IMG/VR virus record: IMGVR_UViG_3300031963_000063
Span: 1 to 64,000 of that record
Length of the DNA stretch: 64,000 nucleotides
Direction: 5' to 3' (one strand)
Source: a virus
Below, one piece after another: positions 19,334 to 26,890 of this stretch (position 1 is the stretch's first letter; each line of letters opens with the position of its first letter). The translations under genes were made by a program, and so were the position numbers. Below the pieces are notes generated by a model. It was not told the origin of the DNA. It did no database searches and worked only from the letters and a program-made list of their open reading frames with translations.

Positions 19334-20023
19334 ATGGGATACTTCAGAGAATTACCAGACTTAGATTATCAATCATTTCTTTCTGACAGTATCTCGTCAC
19401 AGAGTTACTTAAGAGTTAAAAACTTATTCAGAAGAAATAAACTACGTGATGATTTAAAAAACGTATTTACTATTTTCAATAAGTATGAAATTGTTGATGG
19501 TGCAAGACCAGATACGGTTGCAGAAGAGTTTTATGGTGATGCAGAACTCGATTGGGTAGTTTTAATGACTGCTGGTATAGTAAATGTTAGAAATGAATGG
19601 CCACTATCGAACTATAATCTATACAAATATGCGGAAAATTTGTATGGTGGTGCAATTAATGATATTCACCATTATGAGACTATTGAAGTAAAAGACTCTA
19701 CAGGAAAATTAATTTTACCTGCTGGAAAAATTGTCCCAGCAGATTTTAAAATTCACTATTACGATCAAAATCAATATTATACAAATGATGCTACAGTTTT
19801 AGGTCAAAATGTTGTAAAAATATCAAACCCTGTCGTAGGTGTTAATAATTTTGAATATGAAACTAAAAAGAATACTGAGAAATCTTCAATTTACTTGTTA
19901 AAAACTTCATATCTTCAACAATTCTTGAATGATATGCGGCAAATTATGATTTATGATCGTTCTTCTCAATATATTGACGAATCTTTAGTTCGTACTGAAA
20001 ACACTAGAATCACGATGCCATAA
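19334..20023 (+). CDS. gp53: Baseplate wedge subunit gp53
   Basis: YFRELPD...RPDTVAEEFYGDAELDWVVL...EWP...IHHYET. Confidence 0.9.
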   Translation: MGYFRELPDLDYQSFLSDSISSQSYLRVKNLFRRNKLRDDLKNVFTIFNKYEIVDGARPDTVAEEFYGDAELDWVVLMTAGIVNVRNEWPLSNYNLYKYAENLYGGAINDIHHYETIEVKDSTGKLILPAGKIVPADFKIHYYDQNQYYTNDATVLGQNVVKISNPVVGVNNFEYETKKNTEKSSIYLLKTSYLQQFLNDMRQIMIYDRSSQYIDESLVRTENTRITMP

Positions 20024-20602
20024 GAGTTCTAGTTTCTTATCAAATATCATCACATATCGGTGTTTGCGGGAGCGTTCTTTCCATTCTCCTGCAGCACCTT
20101 TAACTTTGCCTCTAGAGTGTTTAGTTCCGTCTGCATAGTAGAAATCTTTCTTTGGGTCCGAAAGTCCGCAATATTTAAAATTACAAGCCCGATAGATTGT
20201 ACCAGAATGGAAATCACTATCAGCGTAAGAGATGATTGCTTTAACTTTAGTATCCTTCCGTAACTGTCTAATCGATCTTGAAACAAACCAAGAAGTGATA
20301 TTATGTTCGGTTCCTTGGATTTCAGGGTGTATGCAAAGTCGTGAAAGTTCAAAGAGTCCTTCTTGCTCATTTCGTTCTAATCCAAATGCTCCTTGTGCGA
20401 TTTCAGGCACAGGAAGTCCAGTAAAGACACAGACTCCCAGAATACCACCGATATTCAAAGGGCAAAAGTCATTGCCCTTATACAGACCATAATTATACCC
20501 TGATCGAAATCCTTTAGAAAAGTCCTTAAGATAATGAAACCGCAGAAGTAATTCTGCGGCTTCGGACTTACTTACACGATCAATGTAGTAATCAGACTTC
20601 AC
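19985..20602 (-). CDS. Mom-like GNAT-fold DNA modification protein
   Basis: HYL...GVCVF...ELSRLC...SWFVSRSIRQL...IISYAD...HSGTIYRACNFKYCG, the Mu Mom family pattern. Confidence 0.75.
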   Translation of the reverse strand: MKSDYYIDRVSKSEAAELLLRFHYLKDFSKGFRSGYNYGLYKGNDFCPLNIGGILGVCVFTGLPVPEIAQGAFGLERNEQEGLFELSRLCIHPEIQGTEHNITSWFVSRSIRQLRKDTKVKAIISYADSDFHSGTIYRACNFKYCGLSDPKKDFYYADGTKHSRGKVKGAAGEWKERSRKHRYVMIFDKKLELLWHRDSSVFSTN

Positions 20603-21525
20603 TCTTCGGCAAGACGAGCAAAGTAAGACAGAGCATCGTCATCATCATCCTCCACAGGTGCCGCAGCACGGCGGGTTGGTTGAAGACTGTTGAGTTCGGT
20701 GCGGAGGTCTTCATCAAGATCCTTCACAGGACCACGAGAATACTCTTCTTCATCAGCAACATCAGGATCTTGATAACGAGGAGTGCCTTTGTTACCCAGC
20801 ACATATTCAAGACGCTTCTTCAGTTCATCATAGGACTTGAACTGGTCTGCAGCAACGAGTTCGGCAAGTGAATACTGCTTCTTCCACACTGCTTCCATCA
20901 CATCATCATCGTCCAGAAGAGGTGCAGAGGCAGCAAACTCACTGGAGTCATAGTTGCGATAACCAGCAACGTTCTTTGCCTTCAGTTTGAAGTTGGCACC
21001 CTGCCAGAAGTCAAACGGATCAATTGCTTCCTCATCTTCAAACTCAGGTTGCATTGCGGCAGTCAGTTTGTCAAAGATTTTTTTACCATACTTAAACAAG
21101 AAGACTTTACCCTCATTTTCAGGGTTGGCAGGGTCTTTCACCACATAGATGTTGGACGCATATGTCAGTTTGCGCTTCTGCTTACGTGCCAGTTCTTTGC
21201 CAGCATCAGTACCATTGTTCCACAGTTCAGAGTTCAGTTCCGACACAGGATCTTTCTGACCCAGAGTGGTGAGACTGTTCTCAATGTACCAACCGCCAGG
21301 ACCCTGGAATGCATGACTGTAGAGTTTCACGAACGGCAGGTCTTCACCGTTGGGGGCAGGCAGGAAACGGATTACGGCATAACCATTGCCACTCTTATCT
21401 ACATCCAGTTTCCACAGACGGTCATCACTAGAACCGCTGCTAGTATTCATTTTTTCAACTTCTTTAACCAGTTTGGCAGTAAGATTGCCAAGTTTAGATT
21501 GCTTCTTAAGGTCAGCAAAAGACAT
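20599..21525 (-). CDS. gp32: Single-stranded DNA-binding protein gp32
   Basis: DDRLWKLDVDKSGNGYAVIRFLP...WYIENSLTTLG; acidic tail DDDALSYFARLAEE. Confidence 0.97.
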   Translation of the reverse strand: MSFADLKKQSKLGNLTAKLVKEVEKMNTSSGSSDDRLWKLDVDKSGNGYAVIRFLPAPNGEDLPFVKLYSHAFQGPGGWYIENSLTTLGQKDPVSELNSELWNNGTDAGKELARKQKRKLTYASNIYVVKDPANPENEGKVFLFKYGKKIFDKLTAAMQPEFEDEEAIDPFDFWQGANFKLKAKNVAGYRNYDSSEFAASAPLLDDDDVMEAVWKKQYSLAELVAADQFKSYDELKKRLEYVLGNKGTPRYQDPDVADEEEYSRGPVKDLDEDLRTELNSLQPTRRAAAPVEDDDDDALSYFARLAEE

Positions 21526-21568
21526 TTGGATTACCTCGGATTAATTGGATTCGGGGGATTACTCGGAT

Positions 21569-21597
21569 AGTATAACAGGGTTTCTCTCAACGGTCAA
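21569..21597 (-). promoter_or_regulatory. Sigma70-type promoter for gp32
   Basis: TTGACC-17 nt-TATACT. Confidence 0.8.
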
Positions 21598-21919
21598 TGT
21601 ATTTCTTGAGAGATTCAATTGTCTTGTTCATACTATTGAATAAAAATTGCATATCGGTCTCTGGTGGGAATCCCATCAGCGCCACCGACTTGCGTAGTTG
21701 CTCTTTCATTTCAACCGCTTCTGGATCGTCTGAAAGGGACAACCTAGTATACATCACTCTCTGCTTTTCTAGCAAGAGCTCAAGTTTCTCAATGTGTTCC
21801 AGTTTGGTCTCACGGGGCATTCCACCAAAAGTAAGAATACTTCCGTAAATTTCTTCCTGTAACTTATTGATTTCTTTCAGTTCATCTTGAATAATATCGG
21901 AGTCAAAAAAGCTACTCAT
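21587..21919 (-). CDS. Conserved cyanophage protein (DUF1825-like)
   Basis: FFDSDIIQDEL...LLEKQRVMYTRLSLSDDPEA. Confidence 0.75.
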   Translation of the reverse strand: MSSFFDSDIIQDELKEINKLQEEIYGSILTFGGMPRETKLEHIEKLELLLEKQRVMYTRLSLSDDPEAVEMKEQLRKSVALMGFPPETDMQFLFNSMNKTIESLKKYIDR

Positions 21920-22502
21920 CTATGATTTCCCGTAAAATCTTTTTAAATTGGAACACATCAATATTTAGAAACGGATTATATTTCTTGATTTTTAGACTGA
22001 CGATTTCCCACACCGGGTCCAGCAGTTTCTTATCAAACTTATTCCCGAACAGGAATATTTTATCATAGATCACTAGGGTTTCTAGGCTAATCTTCCCGCT
22101 CAGGAACTTCTTAAGAACGGGTGGATGACCTTTGGAACAGTTCAAGGCATCGTCTAATTTTGTCTCCGAGAAGAATTCGTTGCTTTGTTCTTTGAACAAG
22201 TATGTCAAACTCTGTTGTCTTCGCATCCAATCTGCGTAAGTCCTTTCTCCAGAATTGATAATTTCTCCAATCCATATTTGATTTACACTAGTAGATTCTA
22301 CAAAATTTGCAACTAAAAAATCAACAACTTCTTTATCAGAATATTTTCTCGACGTTTTTTCGAAAAAATATTTATCACGACGACGATTAAAAGATGTAAT
22401 AGTTGCTCTTACTTTTTTGTTATATTTGAAGTAATCATATTTTGGATTTGTGAAATGCGACTTTAATGCGAGATACTCACAATAGACTTCAAACGGTGCC
22501 AT
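21912..22502 (-). CDS. gp59: Helicase loader gp59
   Basis: YLALKSHFTNPKYDYFKY...RRDKYFFEK...ISLETLVI. Confidence 0.9.
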   Translation of the reverse strand: MAPFEVYCEYLALKSHFTNPKYDYFKYNKKVRATITSFNRRRDKYFFEKTSRKYSDKEVVDFLVANFVESTSVNQIWIGEIINSGERTYADWMRRQQSLTYLFKEQSNEFFSETKLDDALNCSKGHPPVLKKFLSGKISLETLVIYDKIFLFGNKFDKKLLDPVWEIVSLKIKKYNPFLNIDVFQFKKILREIIDE

Positions 22503-22504
22503 AA

Positions 22505-23005
22505 CTATTTTTTCTTTTCTCTGTGGTATTTTTCCCTCTTATATTTTAGCACATCATCTCTATTTTGTTCATACCATTTTTTATAAGTTTCTTTTCTTTG
22601 TTCTTTTCTTTTTTCTCTATATTGTTTTTGTTTATCTGGATTATCTTTATAATACTGTCTATGATATTTTCTATTCCACTCTTGAATATGTTTTTCTCTT
22701 TCAGCAAGGTCTCTGGATATTATGTTTCCATCTACACCACCATCCCTTAAATTAATTAGAATGCCTCCGTCACTTTTTCTACCATAAAGAGAAATAAGCC
22801 ACTTTTCATATTCGTAACTTTCTTCTTCATTTTCAAATTCTTTAACGATTACTATTCTATCTTTTGGGGGACAGATATTTGCCCCGCCTCTAATATGAGG
22901 TTTATAGCACCTTCTACCAATACCTTTACCAACATAGTAAGGAGTCCTGTCTTCTCTCAAATAGAGATAAACGTAATACATTTCTGCTCTTAACTTAGGT
23001 GACAT
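22505..23005 (-). CDS. Free-standing GIY-YIG-family (Seg-like) endonuclease; alternative start at 22981
   Basis: YYVYLYLREDRTPYYVGKG.GRR...EKWLI..YGRK...GILINL.DGG plus a basic helical tail; inserted between gp33 and gp59. Confidence 0.85.
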   Translation of the reverse strand: MSPKLRAEMYYVYLYLREDRTPYYVGKGIGRRCYKPHIRGGANICPPKDRIVIVKEFENEEESYEYEKWLISLYGRKSDGGILINLRDGGVDGNIISRDLAEREKHIQEWNRKYHRQYYKDNPDKQKQYREKRKEQRKETYKKWYEQNRDDVLKYKREKYHREKKK

Positions 23006-23016
23006 AAGTATTTATA

Positions 23017-23077
23017 CAAGAAAAGGGCAGCAAGTGCCCCCTTCTCACCTGAAAAGTGTCACCTAAGTCAGGCACTA
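23017..23077 (-). ncRNA. Candidate ~60-nt small RNA or structured leader upstream of the GIY-YIG gene
   Basis: GATAAATA (23079-23086), then a CCTGA/TCAGG hairpin, then an 11-bp terminator-like hairpin, then a second late promoter TATAAATA (23009-23016). Confidence 0.55.
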
Positions 23078-23091
23078 TTATTTATCTCCCA

Positions 23092-23352
23092 TTATAGAGG
23101 CAATCTTGCTCGGGAAGTTTTCTTCATGAAATTGAGACGAGTTGCATCCCACTTAAGTCTTTCTTTTAAAGGTTTTGAAATGAGTTTAGTAACTGATTCT
23201 ACCTCAAGACTATTGATTTCACAGTAATGACAAATAGCATCAATATAATTCATATTTTCTGCTGCCACAATATGTTCAATCTCAAGAGCAAACTTGGAAG
23301 GTGTTAAAAACTTATTCTCGATTGCCTGTTCTAGTTCTTTATTTGGTTCCAT
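23092..23352 (-). CDS. gp33: Late transcription coactivator gp33
   Basis: KFALEIEHIV...YIDAICHYCE...KLISKPLKERLKWDA..LNF; likely start MEPNKEL at 23352. Confidence 0.88.
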   Translation of the reverse strand: MEPNKELEQAIENKFLTPSKFALEIEHIVAAENMNYIDAICHYCEINSLEVESVTKLISKPLKERLKWDATRLNFMKKTSRARLPL

Positions 23353-24022
23353 ATAGTTCCAGTCTATCTCTAACAAACTCTCTAATGTATTGGGTGAGGA
23401 GTTTGATGTACTTTGATTTGTCTCTTTCTTCATAAACGACGCATTCTCCATTTTCACAAGCCATGATGATTACAAGTTTTTTGACTGGAATACCAGTCAG
23501 TTCGTATAGCATACAACCATATGCCATACACTGAACAAAATAATGTTCAATCCACTCTCGTGGTTTAGGTTTTTTAGAAGTTTTAAAGTCGATTATTGAT
23601 AGTTCGCCATCAAACTCGGCAATACAATCTACGGTTCCAGCAATACCTAACTGCTTGCTATAAAGAGAACCTTCAAGAGCATGAATATTATTTATACGAC
23701 TAAAAGTTGACTTAGAAATCTTGAATAAGAAATCTGAAAGAGGTTGAACTTCTGGAAGATCTTCATTTCTAAGATGATGTTCTGCAAGAGTGTGCATATC
23801 AGTTCCACGACTAGTTGCCTGTCGTGTAATTTTATCTGCTTCTTCCTCTCCAACTTTTTTACGCCAGTTTGCAAAGAATTGACGATTTTTGTGACTGGTT
23901 ACAGACGTAATCGATACGAGTTTTAAGAGTTGATCTTCGTCAGGAACTTTATAATAACGAACACCATCTATAGTTTCTCTCTCAAGTTGAGGGAGATTCA
24001 AATCAACATGATTAAACATCAA
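23339..24022 (-). CDS. PD-(D/E)XK exonuclease
   Basis: SITSV...RGTDMH...IAGTVDCIAEFDGELSIIDFKTS...YFVQCMAY. Confidence 0.88.
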   Translation of the reverse strand: MMFNHVDLNLPQLERETIDGVRYYKVPDEDQLLKLVSITSVTSHKNRQFFANWRKKVGEEEADKITRQATSRGTDMHTLAEHHLRNEDLPEVQPLSDFLFKISKSTFSRINNIHALEGSLYSKQLGIAGTVDCIAEFDGELSIIDFKTSKKPKPREWIEHYFVQCMAYGCMLYELTGIPVKKLVIIMACENGECVVYEERDKSKYIKLLTQYIREFVRDRLELYGTK

Positions 24023-24777
24023 AAACCTGCTTCCATTTTTGCCATAATGTATTCTTTAACAAGTCCAGAACGAACAATGTCTTCTACACCAAATTCAATT
24101 ATATCAAAAGATGGCATTTTACGCAATACAGTCATAAAATCTACAATACCATTTCGTTCGTTAGTCTTCTGTAAGTCTGACTGAGATGCATCACCACAGA
24201 AGCAAATTTTGGTATTTTCACCAACACGAGTGATAATAGAATCCAATTCGTGGAAGTTTAGGTTTTGAAACTCATCTACAATAATAATTGCATTATCAAG
24301 AGTTGTACCACGCAAAAATGAAGTGGACCAGAACTTGATGGTTTCTTGTGATTTGAGATTTCCATAGAGCATCTCGAAGTCTGCATCAGAGGGCATCTGG
24401 AACATATACTTCACCATATTCTTATAAGGAATCTGGTAAATATCTGCCTTATCATCGTGAGTACCAGGCAGGAATCCAATCTCTCTTGTGGCGACTAAAG
24501 AACGAACAAGATAGATTCTCTCGTAAGGTGATTGCTCATCAAGAACATCTTGAAGTGCATTATAAAGTGTAATAAATGTTTTACCTGTTCCCGCACAACC
24601 ATAAGCAACAATATGCTTGTCGTCATTATAAGATTCAAAAAACTTTTTTTGATTTTCAGTAATTGGTTCAATATCAATTAGATATTCTGCACTCAGAGGT
24701 TTTCTCCTCTTCATTTGTTTTGCTGTCAGACCAACTCCGATTGGTTGGTCAATAGATCCTCTTTTCCGTCTTGCCAT
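24019..24777 (-). CDS. phoH: PhoH-family ATPase
   Basis: GCAGTGKT Walker A; REIGFLPG; FLRGTTLDNAIIIVDEFQN; DIVRSGLV. Confidence 0.95.
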   Translation of the reverse strand: MARRKRGSIDQPIGVGLTAKQMKRRKPLSAEYLIDIEPITENQKKFFESYNDDKHIVAYGCAGTGKTFITLYNALQDVLDEQSPYERIYLVRSLVATREIGFLPGTHDDKADIYQIPYKNMVKYMFQMPSDADFEMLYGNLKSQETIKFWSTSFLRGTTLDNAIIIVDEFQNLNFHELDSIITRVGENTKICFCGDASQSDLQKTNERNGIVDFMTVLRKMPSFDIIEFGVEDIVRSGLVKEYIMAKMEAGF

Positions 24778-25025
24778 TAGATTTTCTTTACTCGTGAACC
24801 AGGTGCTTTTGATGCTTTTCCAAGAACATCATTCCAACCAGGATGTTTAGAAATTAATTTGTTTTGCCATTCACCAACCTCTCCAGGAGAAGGACAAGTT
24901 GATGGATCGGACCAATCACGGATCCAATCTGGGTTATCTTTTTTCCACTGGTCCCAATCGTGGATGCTCATTTCCACTTCTTTTTGTTCACCAGTTTTTG
25001 TATTCACTACGGGGTACGTTGGCAT
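24777..25025 (-). CDS. Conserved cyanophage hypothetical protein
   Basis: MPTYPVVNTKTGEQKE...GWNDVL...PGS. Confidence 0.8.
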   Translation of the reverse strand: MPTYPVVNTKTGEQKEVEMSIHDWDQWKKDNPDWIRDWSDPSTCPSPGEVGEWQNKLISKHPGWNDVLGKASKAPGSRVKKI

Positions 25026-25049
25026 TGTTAGAAATTCAAGATAATTTAT

Positions 25050-25685
25050 TTAGATCCACTCAAGGGCGTCTGATACCGTTGGAAATTGTTCGATAAACAC
25101 TTTCTTACAATCAAGTGCAATATCCATATGCTCTCTCTGAGTTCCATTTGCAGAACGAAGATTGATATAATGTATCCATGACCTGCATGATCCACTCATA
25201 TAGATGCGTGTGGGGGTCGCCAAGGGCAATACAAATCTTGCACACTCCTTTGCCACCTCAGCATCTAGAAGTTGCTTGTAGAGTTCCATACCTGCCTTAA
25301 AATGGTCATTGATCTTCAACCACAAGTCTGCTTTTAGTTCTTCAGGAAGATCATTAGTGGAATTCTGACGATTCTTGGTGTCCTGACGACGAAGTTCTGG
25401 TACAGGAATTTCCTCACCTAGCAAAGAAGAATCTGCATAACGTTGTGAAAATTCTTGGTATGTAAAACTCCTGTGTCGTAAAATTTGTGCTGCGATGCCA
25501 CGATTTGTTTCGATCTCAAGAGTCATAAAAGACTGCTCAAAAACAGACCAATGATTATGCTTAATACAATAAGCAAGCAACTTGGCATAGTTTTCGTTGT
25601 CTTGATTCGCAGGGTTGCTAACTCTAGCAACATACGCCATTGTTTTTTCTGCATCGGGTGTCACACTGATGAGTTTTACTGTCAT
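25050..25685 (-). CDS. thyX: Flavin-dependent thymidylate synthase
   Basis: HWSVFEQ; ThyX motif QILRHRSFTYQEFSQRY; ECARFVLP. Confidence 0.96.
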   Translation of the reverse strand: MTVKLISVTPDAEKTMAYVARVSNPANQDNENYAKLLAYCIKHNHWSVFEQSFMTLEIETNRGIAAQILRHRSFTYQEFSQRYADSSLLGEEIPVPELRRQDTKNRQNSTNDLPEELKADLWLKINDHFKAGMELYKQLLDAEVAKECARFVLPLATPTRIYMSGSCRSWIHYINLRSANGTQREHMDIALDCKKVFIEQFPTVSDALEWI

Positions 25686-25849
25686 TTCTTTCCAAATCCT
25701 TTTGATGTTTTTGCTTCCAGTTCTGCAAGTTCTTTCTTTACTGCTTGCAGTTGTTGTTTCATTTCTACAATTCTTTCTTCAGTATAAAGGTGATCTTGCT
25801 TGACAAGTCTTTCAAGCAATTTCACGAGTTCTCGTGCTCTACTAGTCAT
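25682..25849 (-). CDS. Small coiled-coil hypothetical protein (55 aa)
   Basis: Manual translation MTSRARELVKLLERLVKQDHLYTEE...SKGFGKK; ATGA overlap with thyX. Confidence 0.75.
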   Translation of the reverse strand: MTSRARELVKLLERLVKQDHLYTEERIVEMKQQLQAVKKELAELEAKTSKGFGKK

Positions 25850-26018
25850 CTAAATCAGAATCCTCAAAAATTTCATCGTAATCTAAAATTGGTCTGTTTC
25901 TGACTTCTGGTTCAGTATATTTACTGTATGCAGAAACATCAGAATACACTTCTGCTTTGAGAGAATCAACTAAGAGTTCTAGATTACGAACAATGAGTTT
26001 TAGTTTGTCTTTATCCAT
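25842..26018 (-). CDS. Small acidic hypothetical protein (58 aa)
   Basis: Manual translation MDKDKLKLIVRNLELLVDSLKAEVYSD...DYDEIFEDSDLDD. Confidence 0.78.
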   Translation of the reverse strand: MDKDKLKLIVRNLELLVDSLKAEVYSDVSAYSKYTEPEVRNRPILDYDEIFEDSDLDD

Positions 26019-26049
26019 AAGATATCATTCTCTCAAAGCATTTTATCAT

Positions 26050-26077
26050 AAAAAAAGGAGGGGATCAACCCCTCCTT
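26050..26077 (-). terminator. Rho-independent terminator closing the nitrogen module
   Basis: AAGGAGGGG-TTGAT-CCCCTCCTT followed by a T-run. Confidence 0.88.
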
Positions 26078-26083
26078 AAAAAT

Positions 26084-26170
26084 TTACTTATAAATCCACT
26101 GAATGTACGTTGATAACAATATCGTCATTAACGCAATTGCAGCAGTTGAAGAAATTAGAAATTGTACCAT
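26084..26170 (-). CDS. 28-aa hydrophobic single-transmembrane peptide
   Basis: MVQFLISSTAAIALMTILLSTYIQWIYK; TGATG overlap with the upstream ORF. Confidence 0.55.
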   Translation of the reverse strand: MVQFLISSTAAIALMTILLSTYIQWIYK

Positions 26171-26268
26171 CACTTTGCTCCAACTAGTTGTGCTAGTTGT
26201 GCTTGATGACGACGATCTTCTTTTTGTTTTTGTTCTTTAATAAGTTGTAGGAAGTTAAGTTTTTTCAC
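26170..26268 (-). CDS. 32-aa basic helical peptide
   Basis: GTG start overlapping the upstream stop, preceded by GGAGG; MKKLNFLQLIKEQKQKEDRRHQAQLAQLVGAK. Confidence 0.65.
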   Translation of the reverse strand: MKKLNFLQLIKEQKQKEDRRHQAQLAQLVGAK

Positions 26269-26423
26269 TTCTGCACCTCCGCATTTCTGCAAGGACGGTA
26301 TGCTACTCCACGATATGTGTTTTGTGGATGAGCAGGAGCGTGTGTTTGGTTATACCATGACACATACTCTTTCTTTGCATTTTCGGTGTCGTACTGACAA
26401 CCTCTATAAACGACTTTAGACAT
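26265..26423 (-). CDS. DUF4278-like peptide (52 aa)
   Basis: MSKVVYRGCQYD...NTYRGVAY with two YRGxxY motifs; SD AAGGAG at 26432-26437. Confidence 0.82.
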   Translation of the reverse strand: MSKVVYRGCQYDTENAKKEYVSWYNQTHAPAHPQNTYRGVAYRPCRNAEVQK

Positions 26424-26455
26424 TAGGTTTTCTCCTTAATTTTGAGGCTAAAGAG

Positions 26456-26624
26456 CGTTCCTTCAGTCGGCTTTTGCGTCTATGGGACAAGTTTTTGGAG
26501 AGACTTGTTTAATCTCCCAAATTAAATCATTCTTTGCTTGTTTGGGAATATCTACTGTGTAAATTCTCCCAACCATTAATTGTGCCTGTAAGCAAGTTAA
26601 AATGATTGCTTCCATAGATGAACG
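26456..26624 (-). ncRNA. glnA-type glutamine riboswitch-like aptamer 2 with expanded P2 loop
   Basis: CGTTCA-TCTATGG...[insert]...CCATAGA-CGCAAAAGCCGACTGAAG-GAACG; P1 is CGTTC/GAACG and P2 is 7 bp. Confidence 0.72.
26463..26615 (-). CDS. 50-aa two-cysteine protein nested in aptamer 2
   Basis: Manual translation MEAIILTCLQAQLMVGRIYTVDIPKQAKNDLIWEIKQVSPKTCPIDAKAD. Confidence 0.65.
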   Translation of the reverse strand: MEAIILTCLQAQLMVGRIYTVDIPKQAKNDLIWEIKQVSPKTCPIDAKAD

Positions 26625-26627
26625 TTC

Positions 26628-26880
26628 CGTTCCGAGTCGGCTTACTTCCGTCCTATTTAATTTTTAGCACTTTATAATTACGTCTTTTCGCAATTCTAAT
26701 AGCAATCGGTCTTCAATCTTTTGGTGAACAACATCGTCGTTTTTAACGATGTCCATTAGTTCCCACGCTGCATTACAACTTATTGTGACTGGATATTCAG
26801 TTTTGATAAGTTGTGGTGAAGCAACAGAAAGAAGTGGAACCCATGCTAAAAGCAAAAGTGCTTTAGTCATAGGATGAACG
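26628..26880 (-). ncRNA. glnA-type glutamine riboswitch-like aptamer 1 with expanded P2 loop
   Basis: CGTTCA-TCCTAT...[~210 nt]...ATAGGA-CGGAAGTAAGCCGACTCG-GAACG; contains the GACGGAAGTA junction/E-loop motif. Confidence 0.72.
26664..26870 (-). CDS. 68-aa two-cysteine protein with signal-peptide-like N-terminus, nested in aptamer 1
   Basis: ORF track MTKALLLLAWVPLLSVAS...ISCNAAWELMD...LLLELRKDVIIKC. Confidence 0.65.
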   Translation of the reverse strand: MTKALLLLAWVPLLSVASPQLIKTEYPVTISCNAAWELMDIVKNDDVVHQKIEDRLLLELRKDVIIKC

Positions 26881-26890
26881 TTAGGGGATT

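Noticed and set aside
23353-23457. N-terminal extension of gp33 in the ORF track
   Set aside because: It overlaps the exonuclease by more than 100 nt; ATG 23352 gives a normal-sized gp33.
23339-24022. Cas4 / CRISPR adaptation gene
   Set aside because: It lacks the four-Cys Fe-S arrangement and sits in the usual core position next to phoH.
24778-25060. Pho box upstream of phoH
   Set aside because: phoH is embedded in an operon with a 1-nt overlap, and no convincing direct-repeat Pho box was seen.
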